Below, piece by piece: positions 10,735 to 20,200 of a DNA stretch of 64,000 nt. A model generated the notes under the pieces. The model was given only the letters and a program-made list of their open reading frames with translations, did not search any database and was not told the DNA's origin. Where the stretch lies: contig CAYFFD010000001.1 in assembly GCA_964342415.1 (NCBI GenBank), positions 4,658 to 68,657 of the forward strand. Reading direction: 5' to 3'. The number at the start of each line of letters is the position of its first letter. The stretch's first letter is position 1. The position numbers were made by a program, and so were the translations under genes. The stretch is from Candidatus Woesearchaeota archaeon (lineage in GTDB: Archaea; Nanobdellota; Nanobdellia; Pacearchaeales; GW2011-AR1).

Positions 10735-10974
10735 TCAATCTGATCTTTTAACCAATCTATGCATTTTAATCGGATTCTTTAATCTATGAAAAATCCAAGC
10801 ACCTGATAAACCCAATTCTTCTAGAGACGTAGAATTTCGATCTAAAGCTAAAACTCTAGTTAACTTAAATTCATGATAAGGGTCAGTTTTAAGATTTTCT
10901 AGATTAATATTTTCTAAAAAATCATACATACTTGTATATGCATGTAAAAATTCTCTCTGCATTTCTTTAAACAT
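10735..10974 (-). CDS. hypothetical protein
   Basis: It is a 79-aa ORF with no motif. Confidence 0.2.
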   Translation of the reverse strand: MFKEMQREFLHAYTSMYDFLENINLENLKTDPYHEFKLTRVLALDRNSTSLEELGLSGAWIFHRLKNPIKMHRLVKRSD

Positions 10975-11013
10975 ATTTATAAAATAACAACACAGTTTAA
11001 AAATACAACAGAA

Positions 11014-11026
11014 CTTTTAAAAATAC
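11014..11026 (+). promoter_or_regulatory. putative archaeal TATA box/BRE upstream of tRNA-Tyr
   Basis: The sequence ttttaaaaatac lies about 25-30 nt upstream of tRNA position 1. Confidence 0.3.
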
Positions 11027-11046
11027 TTTTCTTTTACTAGATTAAA

Positions 11047-11185
11047 CCCCCCATAGCTCAGTGGTTAGAGCGCTTGGCTGTAGATTTTATCTAAGGTGGA
11101 GTTTCAATTTTGAAATACTATGAAACCCTAAAAGTCAAGAACAGCAGTACCCGAGAGATCCCCAGTTCGAATCTGGGTGGGGGGA
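11047..11185 (+). tRNA. tRNA-Tyr (GTA) with 66-nt intron (intron ~11084..11149, canonical 37/38 position)
   Basis: Exon 1 is CCCCCCA-TA-GCTC-AGTGGTTA-GAGC-G-CTTGG-CTGTAG. Exon 2 is A-CCGAG-AGATC-CCCAG-TTCGAAT-CTGGG-TGGGGGG-A. C1-G72 is the archaeal/eukaryotic Tyr identity pair. No CCA is encoded. Confidence 0.7.
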
Positions 11186-11364
11186 TTTTTATTGATAAAC
11201 CTTAGTTACATTAGACTATAGAAGAATTTATAAATAAATATTCTATTAAAAGACCAATAATAAAATCTAAAAAGAGGTAAAATGGAAGACGAACTTTCCG
11301 AAAAAAAAGAAGATGATGAAGGAGATTTTGAGGAAAATGTTGACGCCTTAGATCTCGACTAACT

Positions 11365-12294
11365 TTAATTTTTTATTTTTAATTTTATTTCGTTATTATT
11401 TTTTTCTAATTCGGGAAAATTGGAATCTATAAAAAATTTCAATTCCTGAATATTTATTTTTGGAACTAAGACATTGTTTAAAGTAATGGTTGTTCCATAT
11501 CCAATCTTTAAAGAATTAAGTTCAATTTCTTTTACCAGTTTTTCATCAGCGTAAATCATTAATTTAGTTTTTTCAGAATCTTTAAGTCCGTGATTCCTAA
11601 TAGTTATATTTGTATCAAGATATTTTCCATGCATTTCTGCAGAGACATTTTCAAAAGTAAGGTCAGAATAACTTGGAAAAGAATAAAGTTTATTTATTTT
11701 GTCAGTAATGTCTTGCCCGATATCTTGACTGCATTTGCTAACATTGTACATTATGCTACCTGGATTCAGAGAATGATCAAATCCTAAAGCATGTAAAAGT
11801 TCATGTAAACCAATATTTGGTTTTTCACATTTTGAATCTCTGATGAGCAAAATTTCTCCGTGCAGAATAACATTAAAATTATCTGTTCTTGTTATGTTCA
11901 CAGGACCTCCCTCTCCCGCTATAAATAAATTATTTTCAATCTTATTTCTGCTAGAACAAGTTGTAAAAATTTCTTCGTTGTCAACAACTTCATAAAATCC
12001 TAATGAAGTTTTATTGGAAATAATTTCAAACGCGCGCTCCATATCAGATTTTTTCTGTAGGGGGCAATTGGAAATTCTATATGAAATTTCTGAATCAGAA
12101 TACCTCATGTTTTCATAAAACTGCATCTCTAAATTAGAATTGTTTAAACTAAAGTTAAAATTATTTGAAGTATATCCTTGATAAAATTCAAAACTTGTTG
12201 AGGGAATAAACCAATAAAAAACAAGCAATGAAACTGTTATTAAAACAAAAATAAAACTGAAGAATTTTTTCCATAGCATAAGGCGTTCCGCCAA
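11365..12294 (-). CDS. secreted zinc metalloprotease, metzincin family
   Basis: It has an N-terminal TM/signal and the zincin motif HELLHALGFDH (HExxHxxGxxH). Confidence 0.6.
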   Translation of the reverse strand: MAERLMLWKKFFSFIFVLITVSLLVFYWFIPSTSFEFYQGYTSNNFNFSLNNSNLEMQFYENMRYSDSEISYRISNCPLQKKSDMERAFEIISNKTSLGFYEVVDNEEIFTTCSSRNKIENNLFIAGEGGPVNITRTDNFNVILHGEILLIRDSKCEKPNIGLHELLHALGFDHSLNPGSIMYNVSKCSQDIGQDITDKINKLYSFPSYSDLTFENVSAEMHGKYLDTNITIRNHGLKDSEKTKLMIYADEKLVKEIELNSLKIGYGTTITLNNVLVPKINIQELKFFIDSNFPELEKNNNEIKLKIKN

Positions 12295-12381
12295 TTAAAA
12301 TATATAAAACTATTCCCAAACTTTCTTTGTGTTTTGTTCAAAACCAATAAAAAATAAAAAATAAAAGTGTTTTGTTAAACT

Positions 12382-12651
12382 TTATTCACTAGCTTCTTCT
12401 GAAGCTTCTTCGGAAGGTGCTTCACTGCTTTCGCTTGATTCGCCTTCATCACTAGCTTCTTCGGAAGGTGCTTCACTGCTTTCGCTTGATTCGCCTTCAT
12501 CACTAGCTTCTTCGGAAGGTGTTTCTTCAGGAGCTTTTACTTCTTCCTCAACTTCTTGTGTTTGATTTTCTTCGTCCATTATTAAATTTTTGATTTTATT
12601 TTTTCTTTGTAATCTCAGTGCACATTCCTGCTGCAACTGTTTGTCCGGCAT
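12382..12651 (-). CDS. acidic tandem-repeat protein (SEAPSEEASDEGESSES repeats)
   Basis: The ORF overlaps the 3' end of tuf in another frame. It is composed of 17-aa acidic repeats. It may be a real acidic protein or a repeat artefact. Confidence 0.3.
   Translation of the reverse strand: MPDKQLQQECALRLQRKNKIKNLIMDEENQTQEVEEEVKAPEETPSEEASDEGESSESSEAPSEEASDEGESSESSEAPSEEASEEASE
12387..12525. repeat. 51-nt tandem repeat (~2.7 copies)
   Basis: The unit agcttcttcggaaggtgcttcactgctttcgcttgattcgccttcatcact repeats exactly at 12403-12453 and 12454-12504. Partial copies flank it. Confidence 0.75.
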
Positions 12652-13879
12652 CTCTTATTGAGAATCTTGACATTGTTGAATTGTCTTTTTGTGTTTCCAA
12701 AGCAAGATTTCCTTGCGGTTGAACTCTGACTTTAGCCGCGTCACCATTTTTCAAAAAGTCAGGATTTTCCTTGATTACTTCTCCATTGGCTGGATTAATT
12801 TGTGCAATCAATTCTGTAATCTTACATGGAACCTGAGTTGTATGAACATGGAATACAGGTGTATATCCTTTAGCTAAAACACTTGGATGGTTTATAACTG
12901 TTATTGTTGCTACGAATTCCTCAACAATTGGAATTGGGTTTGATGCTTCACAGATTACATCTCCACGAGCAATGTCTTTTTTTCCAACTCCCCTAATATT
13001 AATTCCAACGTTATCTCCTGCTTCAGCTTCGTCAATCATTTCATGATGCATTTCAATTGTCTTTAATTCTCCTTCAATTCCTTTACCCGTTCTACCTGGT
13101 AGGACTATAACTTTACTTCCCTTCTTCATAACTCCTGTTACAATTTTTCCAACAGGGACAGTTCCAATACCTGTGATCTCATAAACATCTTGAACAGGCA
13201 TTCTCATTGGAAGGTTTGTTAATGACTCTGGTGCAGGGAACAAGTCAAATTGTTCTGTGATAGTTGGTCCTTTGTACCAAGACATGTTTTCTGATTTCTT
13301 AACTATATTATCTCCTTTCAATCCTGCGCACGCTATGAATGTTGTTTTTTCAGCGTCAATTCCAACACCCTTCAATAATTTAGAAATATCTTCCTTAACT
13401 TTGTTGAACTTCTCTTCTTTATACTCAACATCGTCCATTTTGTTAACAGCAACGGCAATGTTTTTTACACCAGCTGTTCTTAATAACCATAAATGTTCTG
13501 TGGTTTGTGGCTGAACTCCTGCTGGGGCAGAAATAACCAAGAAAGCAGCGTCTGCTTGACTTGCTCCAGTTATCATATTCTTTACAAAGTCTCTGTGTCC
13601 TGGCGCGTCAATAATTGTGATTTGGAATTTTTGAGTCATAAGTTTCTGATAAGATAAATCAATTGTAACTCCTCTTTCTCTTTCCTCTTTAATATGATCC
13701 ATGACATAAGCAAATTCAAAACCAACTTTACTATGCTTCTCAGCTTCTTGTTTTAACTTTGTCATTTCCTGTTCAGGAACAAGACCAGAATCATACATCA
13801 CTCTTCCAACTATGGTTGACTTTCCAGCGTCAACATGCCCTACAAACACAACATTCATGTTTTGTTTTTCTTTAGCCAT
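12596..13879 (-). CDS. tuf: translation elongation factor EF-1 alpha
   Basis: It has GHVDAGKST, DAPGHRDF and NKMD G-motifs. Length is 427 aa. Confidence 0.93.
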   Translation of the reverse strand: MAKEKQNMNVVFVGHVDAGKSTIVGRVMYDSGLVPEQEMTKLKQEAEKHSKVGFEFAYVMDHIKEERERGVTIDLSYQKLMTQKFQITIIDAPGHRDFVKNMITGASQADAAFLVISAPAGVQPQTTEHLWLLRTAGVKNIAVAVNKMDDVEYKEEKFNKVKEDISKLLKGVGIDAEKTTFIACAGLKGDNIVKKSENMSWYKGPTITEQFDLFPAPESLTNLPMRMPVQDVYEITGIGTVPVGKIVTGVMKKGSKVIVLPGRTGKGIEGELKTIEMHHEMIDEAEAGDNVGINIRGVGKKDIARGDVICEASNPIPIVEEFVATITVINHPSVLAKGYTPVFHVHTTQVPCKITELIAQINPANGEVIKENPDFLKNGDAAKVRVQPQGNLALETQKDNSTMSRFSIRDAGQTVAAGMCTEITKKK

Positions 13880-13959
13880 TGTAATAATTATCTTCTAAAT
13901 AGAAAATTTAATGCAAATTTTAATAAAAAAAATACTTTATAAAGTTTTTGTTATGAAAA

Positions 13960-16125
13960 TTATTGATTTTCTGATAAACCTTTTCTATCACGAATTCTTC
14001 TTATCACATCTAGTTGCATGTTTGAAGGAGCTTTCTCAAACAATTGATCAAGAAGAGATGATGTTCCTCTTCCTTCTGTTGCCGAACGCAAATCATTAGA
14101 CCATCCGAGCATTTCTGCGACAGGAAGCTTTACTTTTACCTCTGCATTTGTACCTTCTTGCGAGACATTAATCATCTGCCCTCTTTTGCCCCCAATAAGC
14201 TTTGTTATTTCTCCTAAAAATTTGTCAGGAATTTCAATAACATGTATCTGTAATGGTTCTAAAATGAAGGCGTTTGCTTTTTTCATTGCTTCAACAATTG
14301 ATTCTCTTATGGCTGGATAAACCTGAGCAGGACCACGATGAATTGCGTCTTCATGAAGTCGTGTGTCAACCAATGAAACTTTTAACTTTGTACATGGCTC
14401 TCTTGCTAAAGGACCTTGGTTCATGACCATTTCAAAAGCGTCTAAAACCATTTCAATAATCTCTTGAATATGAACTTCTCCCCTAGTTTCATCAAGAAAA
14501 ATATTTCCCTTGTAAATATTTCTAATGTTTCTTATTTCGTCTCCACTCCATCCAAGTCCTAAAAGTTTTTCAGACACTTCTTGATTTCTTTTCTTTATTC
14601 TTCCCTCCGGAAGTTCCCCGCTTTTTATTGCTTCATAAACATTATCATCCAAAGGAGCAACCTCTATGAAAAAGCTATTGTGTTTATTTGGACTTCTTCC
14701 CTCTACAGACGGAGATTCCTTACCAACTGTCTCTCTATAAACAACAATTGGAGGAGATGTCTTAACATCAAGTCCTTTTTCTGTCTTAATTCTATTTTCG
14801 ATAATTTCAAGATGCAATTCTCCCATCCCTGAAATCAAAGATTCTCCTGTCTGCTCATTAATTTCAATTTTTATTGAAGGGTCTTCCTTCCCAACTTGCT
14901 TCAAAACCTCAACAAGTTTTGGTAAATCTGCTGCCTTCTTGGCTTCAATTGATTTTGTGATAACAGGTTCGAAAATATGTTTGATTGATTCGAACGGCTC
15001 GATTTCATTTTTACTTACAGTCTCTCCAACAAAAACATTTTTCAATCCGACAATACCAACAATATTTCCTGCAGAAACTTCATCCACAATAAGTCTTTTA
15101 GCTCCTTGATAAACAGAAACTTGTTGGACGCGGGTTTTTCTTTTTGCAAGATTCATGTAAACTTCATCACCTTGTTTAATTGTTCCTGAGAATAATCTTC
15201 CTGCTGCAACTTCTCCTGCGTGCCTGTCAATAACAATTTTAATAGGTGCAAAAGCAGGTTCCCCATTAGGATCACAGTTCATTAAATTTTTTCCCAAGTC
15301 AGATTCGATATCACCGTGCCAAATTTTTGGGATTCTGTATTTTTGAGCGTCAGCAGGATTTGGATGATGCTCAACACTCATCTCCAGGATGACTTCATGT
15401 AAAGGAGCCTTTTCGGCTAACTCTTTATGGTTATCATTTTCATAAGCTTCAATTACATCTTTGAAAGTAATGCCTTTCTTTTTCATGTACGAAAAGCTCA
15501 ACGCCCAATTATGAAAAGCTGAACCGAATGCAACAGTTCCTTCACCGACGCCAACTTTCCATTTTTCCTTATAACCTTCAGGAGCAATGTTTTCAATCAA
15601 CTCATTAACATGGTCAATAATCTTAATGAATTTCTCCTGCATTGCTTCAGGAGTTAATTTGACCTCTTTGATTAATCTGTCAACTTTATTTATGAATAAA
15701 ACAGGTTTAACAAGTTCTTTCAAAGCTTGTCTTACAACTGTTTCTGTCTGAGGCATAACACCTTCGACAGCGCAAGTCAATATGATGCAACCATCAACAG
15801 CCCTCATAGCTCTAGTAACATCTCCTCCGAAATCTACATGCCCAGGAGTGTCAATTAAATTAATCAGGTAATCTTGTCCTGCAACTTCATGAACCATTGA
15901 AACATTTGCAGCATCAATTGTTATTCCTCTTTCAGATTCATCTTCGTGAAAATCCAAGGCCAATTGCTTTCCTGCAAGCTCTTCCGAAATCATTCCTGCT
16001 CCTGCTAAAAGATTATCAGAAAAAGTTGTTTTCCCGTGGTCAATATGCGCTGCAATTGCTATGTTTCTGATTTGGTTTTGCTGCTTCATTAACTTCTGAA
16101 TTTTTTGAGTTTTTTCGTCCGCCAT
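13960..16125 (-). CDS. fusA: translation elongation factor EF-2
   Basis: It has AHIDHGKTT, DTPGHVDF and the diphthamide-region HRGPAQ. The true start is probably MADEK at 16125, because the longest ORF carries a 40-aa extension. Confidence 0.9.
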   Translation of the reverse strand: MADEKTQKIQKLMKQQNQIRNIAIAAHIDHGKTTFSDNLLAGAGMISEELAGKQLALDFHEDESERGITIDAANVSMVHEVAGQDYLINLIDTPGHVDFGGDVTRAMRAVDGCIILTCAVEGVMPQTETVVRQALKELVKPVLFINKVDRLIKEVKLTPEAMQEKFIKIIDHVNELIENIAPEGYKEKWKVGVGEGTVAFGSAFHNWALSFSYMKKKGITFKDVIEAYENDNHKELAEKAPLHEVILEMSVEHHPNPADAQKYRIPKIWHGDIESDLGKNLMNCDPNGEPAFAPIKIVIDRHAGEVAAGRLFSGTIKQGDEVYMNLAKRKTRVQQVSVYQGAKRLIVDEVSAGNIVGIVGLKNVFVGETVSKNEIEPFESIKHIFEPVITKSIEAKKAADLPKLVEVLKQVGKEDPSIKIEINEQTGESLISGMGELHLEIIENRIKTEKGLDVKTSPPIVVYRETVGKESPSVEGRSPNKHNSFFIEVAPLDDNVYEAIKSGELPEGRIKKRNQEVSEKLLGLGWSGDEIRNIRNIYKGNIFLDETRGEVHIQEIIEMVLDAFEMVMNQGPLAREPCTKLKVSLVDTRLHEDAIHRGPAQVYPAIRESIVEAMKKANAFILEPLQIHVIEIPDKFLGEITKLIGGKRGQMINVSQEGTNAEVKVKLPVAEMLGWSNDLRSATEGRGTSSLLDQLFEKAPSNMQLDVIRRIRDRKGLSENQ

Positions 16126-16223
16126 CTTTTTAATAATATAATTTCGGATAATTAGTTTAAAAGTTTTTAGCATTATGATTAAATCAACAACTTTTTTAAG
16201 GAGACTATCTATTGTTTTTCTAA

Positions 16224-16307
16224 GCGGGGGTGCTGGAGTGGTCAAACAGGCAGGACTTAAGATCCTGTAGCTTAGTGCTTACGCAGGTTCGAACCCTGTC
16301 CCCCGCA
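16224..16307 (+). tRNA. tRNA-Leu (TAA)
   Basis: The acceptor pairs GCGGGGG with CCCCCGC and the discriminator is A. The anticodon stem-loop is CAGGA-CTTAAGA-TCCTG. It has a long variable arm. The T-arm is GCAGG-TTCGAAC-CCTGT. Confidence 0.8.
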
Positions 16308-16339
16308 TTTTAATTTTAAATACACACTAAATTAATCTC

Positions 16340-17122
16340 ATGAAAAGAAAAAAACAGATCTTTCTACTTTTATTTTTGATTTTGTTCTTTTTTATAATAA
16401 ATTACTCTTTTCTTGATAAAGCACTTGAAAACTTTTTAATTGATTCCGAAACCGTAAGGGTTGAAAGGATTATCGACGGAGACACAATAATAATTAATCA
16501 AACTTCTGTAAGGCTTCTTGGAATTAACTCTCCTGAAAGAGGCGAGACATATTATCCAGAGGCAAAAGAATTTTTGGAAGAATTAATTTTAAATAAAACA
16601 GTTAAACTAGAATTCGGAAGGGAAAAATACGACAAATACAAAAGAATTCTTGCTTATGTTTTTATCAGCAATGAAAATATAAATTTAAAATTAGTTGAAG
16701 AAGGGTTTGCCAACTTTTACTTTCCTTCTGGAAAAGATTTTTATTATAATGATTTTGAATCCTCATGGAAAAAATGTGTTGAAAATAATAAAAATTTATG
16801 TGAAAAATCAAAAAATGTATGTTTAGAATGCATTGAATTGAAAAACTTTGATGTTAAAAATCAGGAAATAATTTTTCACAATTCGTGCAATTTCAACTGC
16901 GATTTAAGCAAATGGGAAATTAAAGATGAAGGAAGAAAAAGTTTTATTTTTCCTGATTTTGTATTGGAAAGTAAAAACGGGGTTAAAATCATTGTGGAAG
17001 AAGGAAATAACAATGAAGAAAATTTATTTTGGAAAAATGAAGAATATGTTTGGACAAAATCAGGAGACACTTTATTTTTAAGAGATGACAAAGGAAGATT
17101 AGTTTTGTGGGAAAATTACTAA
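16340..17122 (+). CDS. secreted staphylococcal-nuclease (SNase/thermonuclease)-like nuclease with extra C-terminal Cys-containing domain
   Basis: It has a signal/TM segment. The SNase-like core is VERIIDGDTII...VRLLGINSPE...YGRILAYVF. Confidence 0.6.
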   Translation: MKRKKQIFLLLFLILFFFIINYSFLDKALENFLIDSETVRVERIIDGDTIIINQTSVRLLGINSPERGETYYPEAKEFLEELILNKTVKLEFGREKYDKYKRILAYVFISNENINLKLVEEGFANFYFPSGKDFYYNDFESSWKKCVENNKNLCEKSKNVCLECIELKNFDVKNQEIIFHNSCNFNCDLSKWEIKDEGRKSFIFPDFVLESKNGVKIIVEEGNNNEENLFWKNEEYVWTKSGDTLFLRDDKGRLVLWENY

Positions 17123-17203
17123 TTTCACCAATTAAAAGTAATCATAATAAAGGTATTTTTCAACGACAATAATCCTTAAATAAAGAAAATCAATGATGTT
17201 TTA

Positions 17204-20200
17204 ATGGAAAGGGGAAAGTCACTTGCATTATTGAGCATTATATCTTTAATATTATTTTCAAGCTTTATTTTTGCGACACATGTTATTACAACTTCCAGCG
17301 GGGCTTCTTCTTATAGTGTTAATGAGGATGTGAGTTTTAATTATAACATAACTGTAAATAACACTGATTTAGGACAGACAGCAAATATAACTCAAGTCGA
17401 CATAACTCTTCCAAGCTCATTCTCTTTTTTAGCAAATTCAAATGACACGGATTCTCCTAGCACAATATTCACAAATACAAGCGCAGTATTAAGCTGGACA
17501 AACTCAACAAACTTTGTTGTTAATGAAAGTGATGTTAGGAATTTCTGGTTTAATGCAACCGCTTCCACACCTGGAAATTTCAATTTAACTATTACTACAA
17601 CAAATTCAACAGGCAGTTTTTCTTCAAATATCTCTGTTACTATCAATGACACAACAATTCCTTCATCAATAAGTTTTGTTAGTCCTACTTCAAGTAATAA
17701 TTCAAACACTTCACAATCTTACATTCCGATAAATATAACTGCTATAGATAATGGAGTCATCAGCACAATCATAATAAAATTATTCAACTCAACAAACGAC
17801 CAAATAAATTCTTCGAGCAACTCTTCATCACCTTCCCAATTCCTTGCAAACTTTACAGGATTAAGTGATGGAGTTTATTATTTTAACTCAACAGTAAATG
17901 ATACTTTTGGAAATTCTAATTCAACAAGCACAAGAAAAATAACTCTTGACGCATTAGCTCCAAACGTTTTTGGATTCAACAATCCTGTAAGCAATGCAAA
18001 TTTGTCAGGCACGCAAGTTATTAATGCAACAGCAAATGATACAACCCTAACAATAAGCAGTGTGTTTTTCAATATTACAAATTCCAGTGGGCAAATTAGT
18101 TTTTTAGCCACTTCTCAAACAGGGGACAATTGGAACGCAACACTAAACACTTCAGCTTTAACAGATGGAAACTATAACATAACTGTTTACGCAAATGACA
18201 CTGTTGGAAATTTGAATAATTCTGAAAAAATCAGTGTAACCATAGACAACACTTTTCCAACATTAACTTCCTTGTCAGTTTCAGGTGTTTTCAATAATGG
18301 AACAATTAATATCTCGTCGCCGGCAAATCAAGACGGATTGTATGACAACTTAACAATTGACTTGGCATACTCTGAAACAGTGAGCGCCAGCATATTTGTA
18401 ATAAATAGCACAGGAAGTGTTGTCAAGACAATATATTCAATCTCTTCTGTGCAGAATCCTACTGCAAAGGGTTGGGACGGAACCCTAACAGGAGGTGCTA
18501 ATGCATCTGACGGGTTTTACACAATAAATACAACATTTACAGACGAGGCAAACAACACAAACACAACACAGGTTGCAAGCGTCTATGTTGACAACACTGC
18601 TCCTTCTGTCACAATCACTTCACCAAAATCAAATGAGAATTTCACAAAAGATCAATCAGTGCTTTTACTCGGAGCTGTCAGTGATTTAAATGTCGCACAG
18701 TCACTTGTCTTCAATGTATCAAATTCAACTTTCTCTTCAACCTATACAACTGAGAAAAATTTATGGTTCAATAATTCATTTGACATTACAAAACTTGCAG
18801 ATGGTTTTTACAATGTGACTGCAATTGCAAACGATACTTTAGGGAATTTAAACAAAACTGAAAAAGTTCTGATTTTAGTTGATAGCACAGATCCAACAAT
18901 CACAAATTTGAACATAGCGCCTAGCACAATTAACAATGACAATAATGTAACATTAAACGCCACAATCAATGACTCATTTTCAGGAATCTCGAGAGTATGG
19001 GTTTCTTCAAACTTTACAGGAAGTTTTGTGAATTACACAATTTCTGGAAGTGGTCAGAATTATTCTTTCTTGATTAAAAGCGGGAATTTCTCAAATCAAG
19101 AAGTTGTAGGATATCAATGGTTTACGAATGATACTTTAGGAAATGAAGTTAATAGTTCTTTACAAAAATTCAACATCAGCAACAGAGTTCCTGTTTTTGT
19201 AAGCACAGCTATAACAAATGCAACAGAAGATAAAGTTTATACTTATCAAGTCAATACAACAGATAGTGACGGAGATTCTTTGACATATTCATTGACAACT
19301 TCTCCAACAGGAATGGGAATTACTTCAAGTACAGGATTGATTGTTTGGCTTCCTGACAACAGCCAAGTTGGAAACAGCACTGTGTCTGTTTTGGTAAATG
19401 ACAGCAAAGGTGGAACTGCAACGCAGACATTTGCAGTGAATGTGACAAATGCAAATGATATTCCAACAACACCTTCGCTAACCTCTCCATCAAATCAATC
19501 AACTTTGTTAAAGAATTCAACAACATTAAAATGGAATGTATCAACAGATGATGACAATAATACAATAACTTATTATGTATTTTTCTCAAATGAAACAAGC
19601 CCTTCTATTAATGCTACAACAACAAACCCTAATTTAACAGTAAGTGGTCTTGAAGACAACGAAACATATTATTGGAATGTAATCGCAAGCGATGGGATTG
19701 GAAATTCAAGTACAACAGCAACATTGCAATTTAATATTAGTCTTAATAATGCTCCAAATATAACTGCCCACGCACCTTTGCTAAATAAAACAATCTCAGA
19801 AAATCAGACATTGATGTTTAATGCAACAATCTTCGACGTAGATGGAGACAACATAATTTACAATTGGACAATTGACAACGTTCAAAACTCAAGTGCAACA
19901 ACTTCAACAAGCAATGAAACAATATTTTTTAACTACACGCCTTCATTTAGTGATTCGGGAACACATACAATTAAGCTATCTATCAAAGATACTAACAACA
20001 ACTCTGGGACAGCAAAGTCATGGTTAGTAACAGTTTCGAACGACAACAGAGATCCAACACTTAACACAATAATCGATTACTCTGTTAATGAAGATTCAAC
20101 ACTTACATTTGACATAACAGGTTCTGATCCTGATGAAGGAGACACATTAACATATGATTCAAATCTTAGTTCTATTTCTATAACAAAAGTAAATAACACT

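Noticed and set aside
12387-12525. CRISPR array
   Set aside because: The only tandem repeat in the window is a 51-nt coding-type repeat with no spacers.
13960-16245. EF-2 ORF N-terminal 40-aa extension (start at 16245), which also overlaps tRNA-Leu
   Set aside because: The canonical EF-2 N-terminus begins at MADEK at 16125. The longer form would overlap the tRNA gene.
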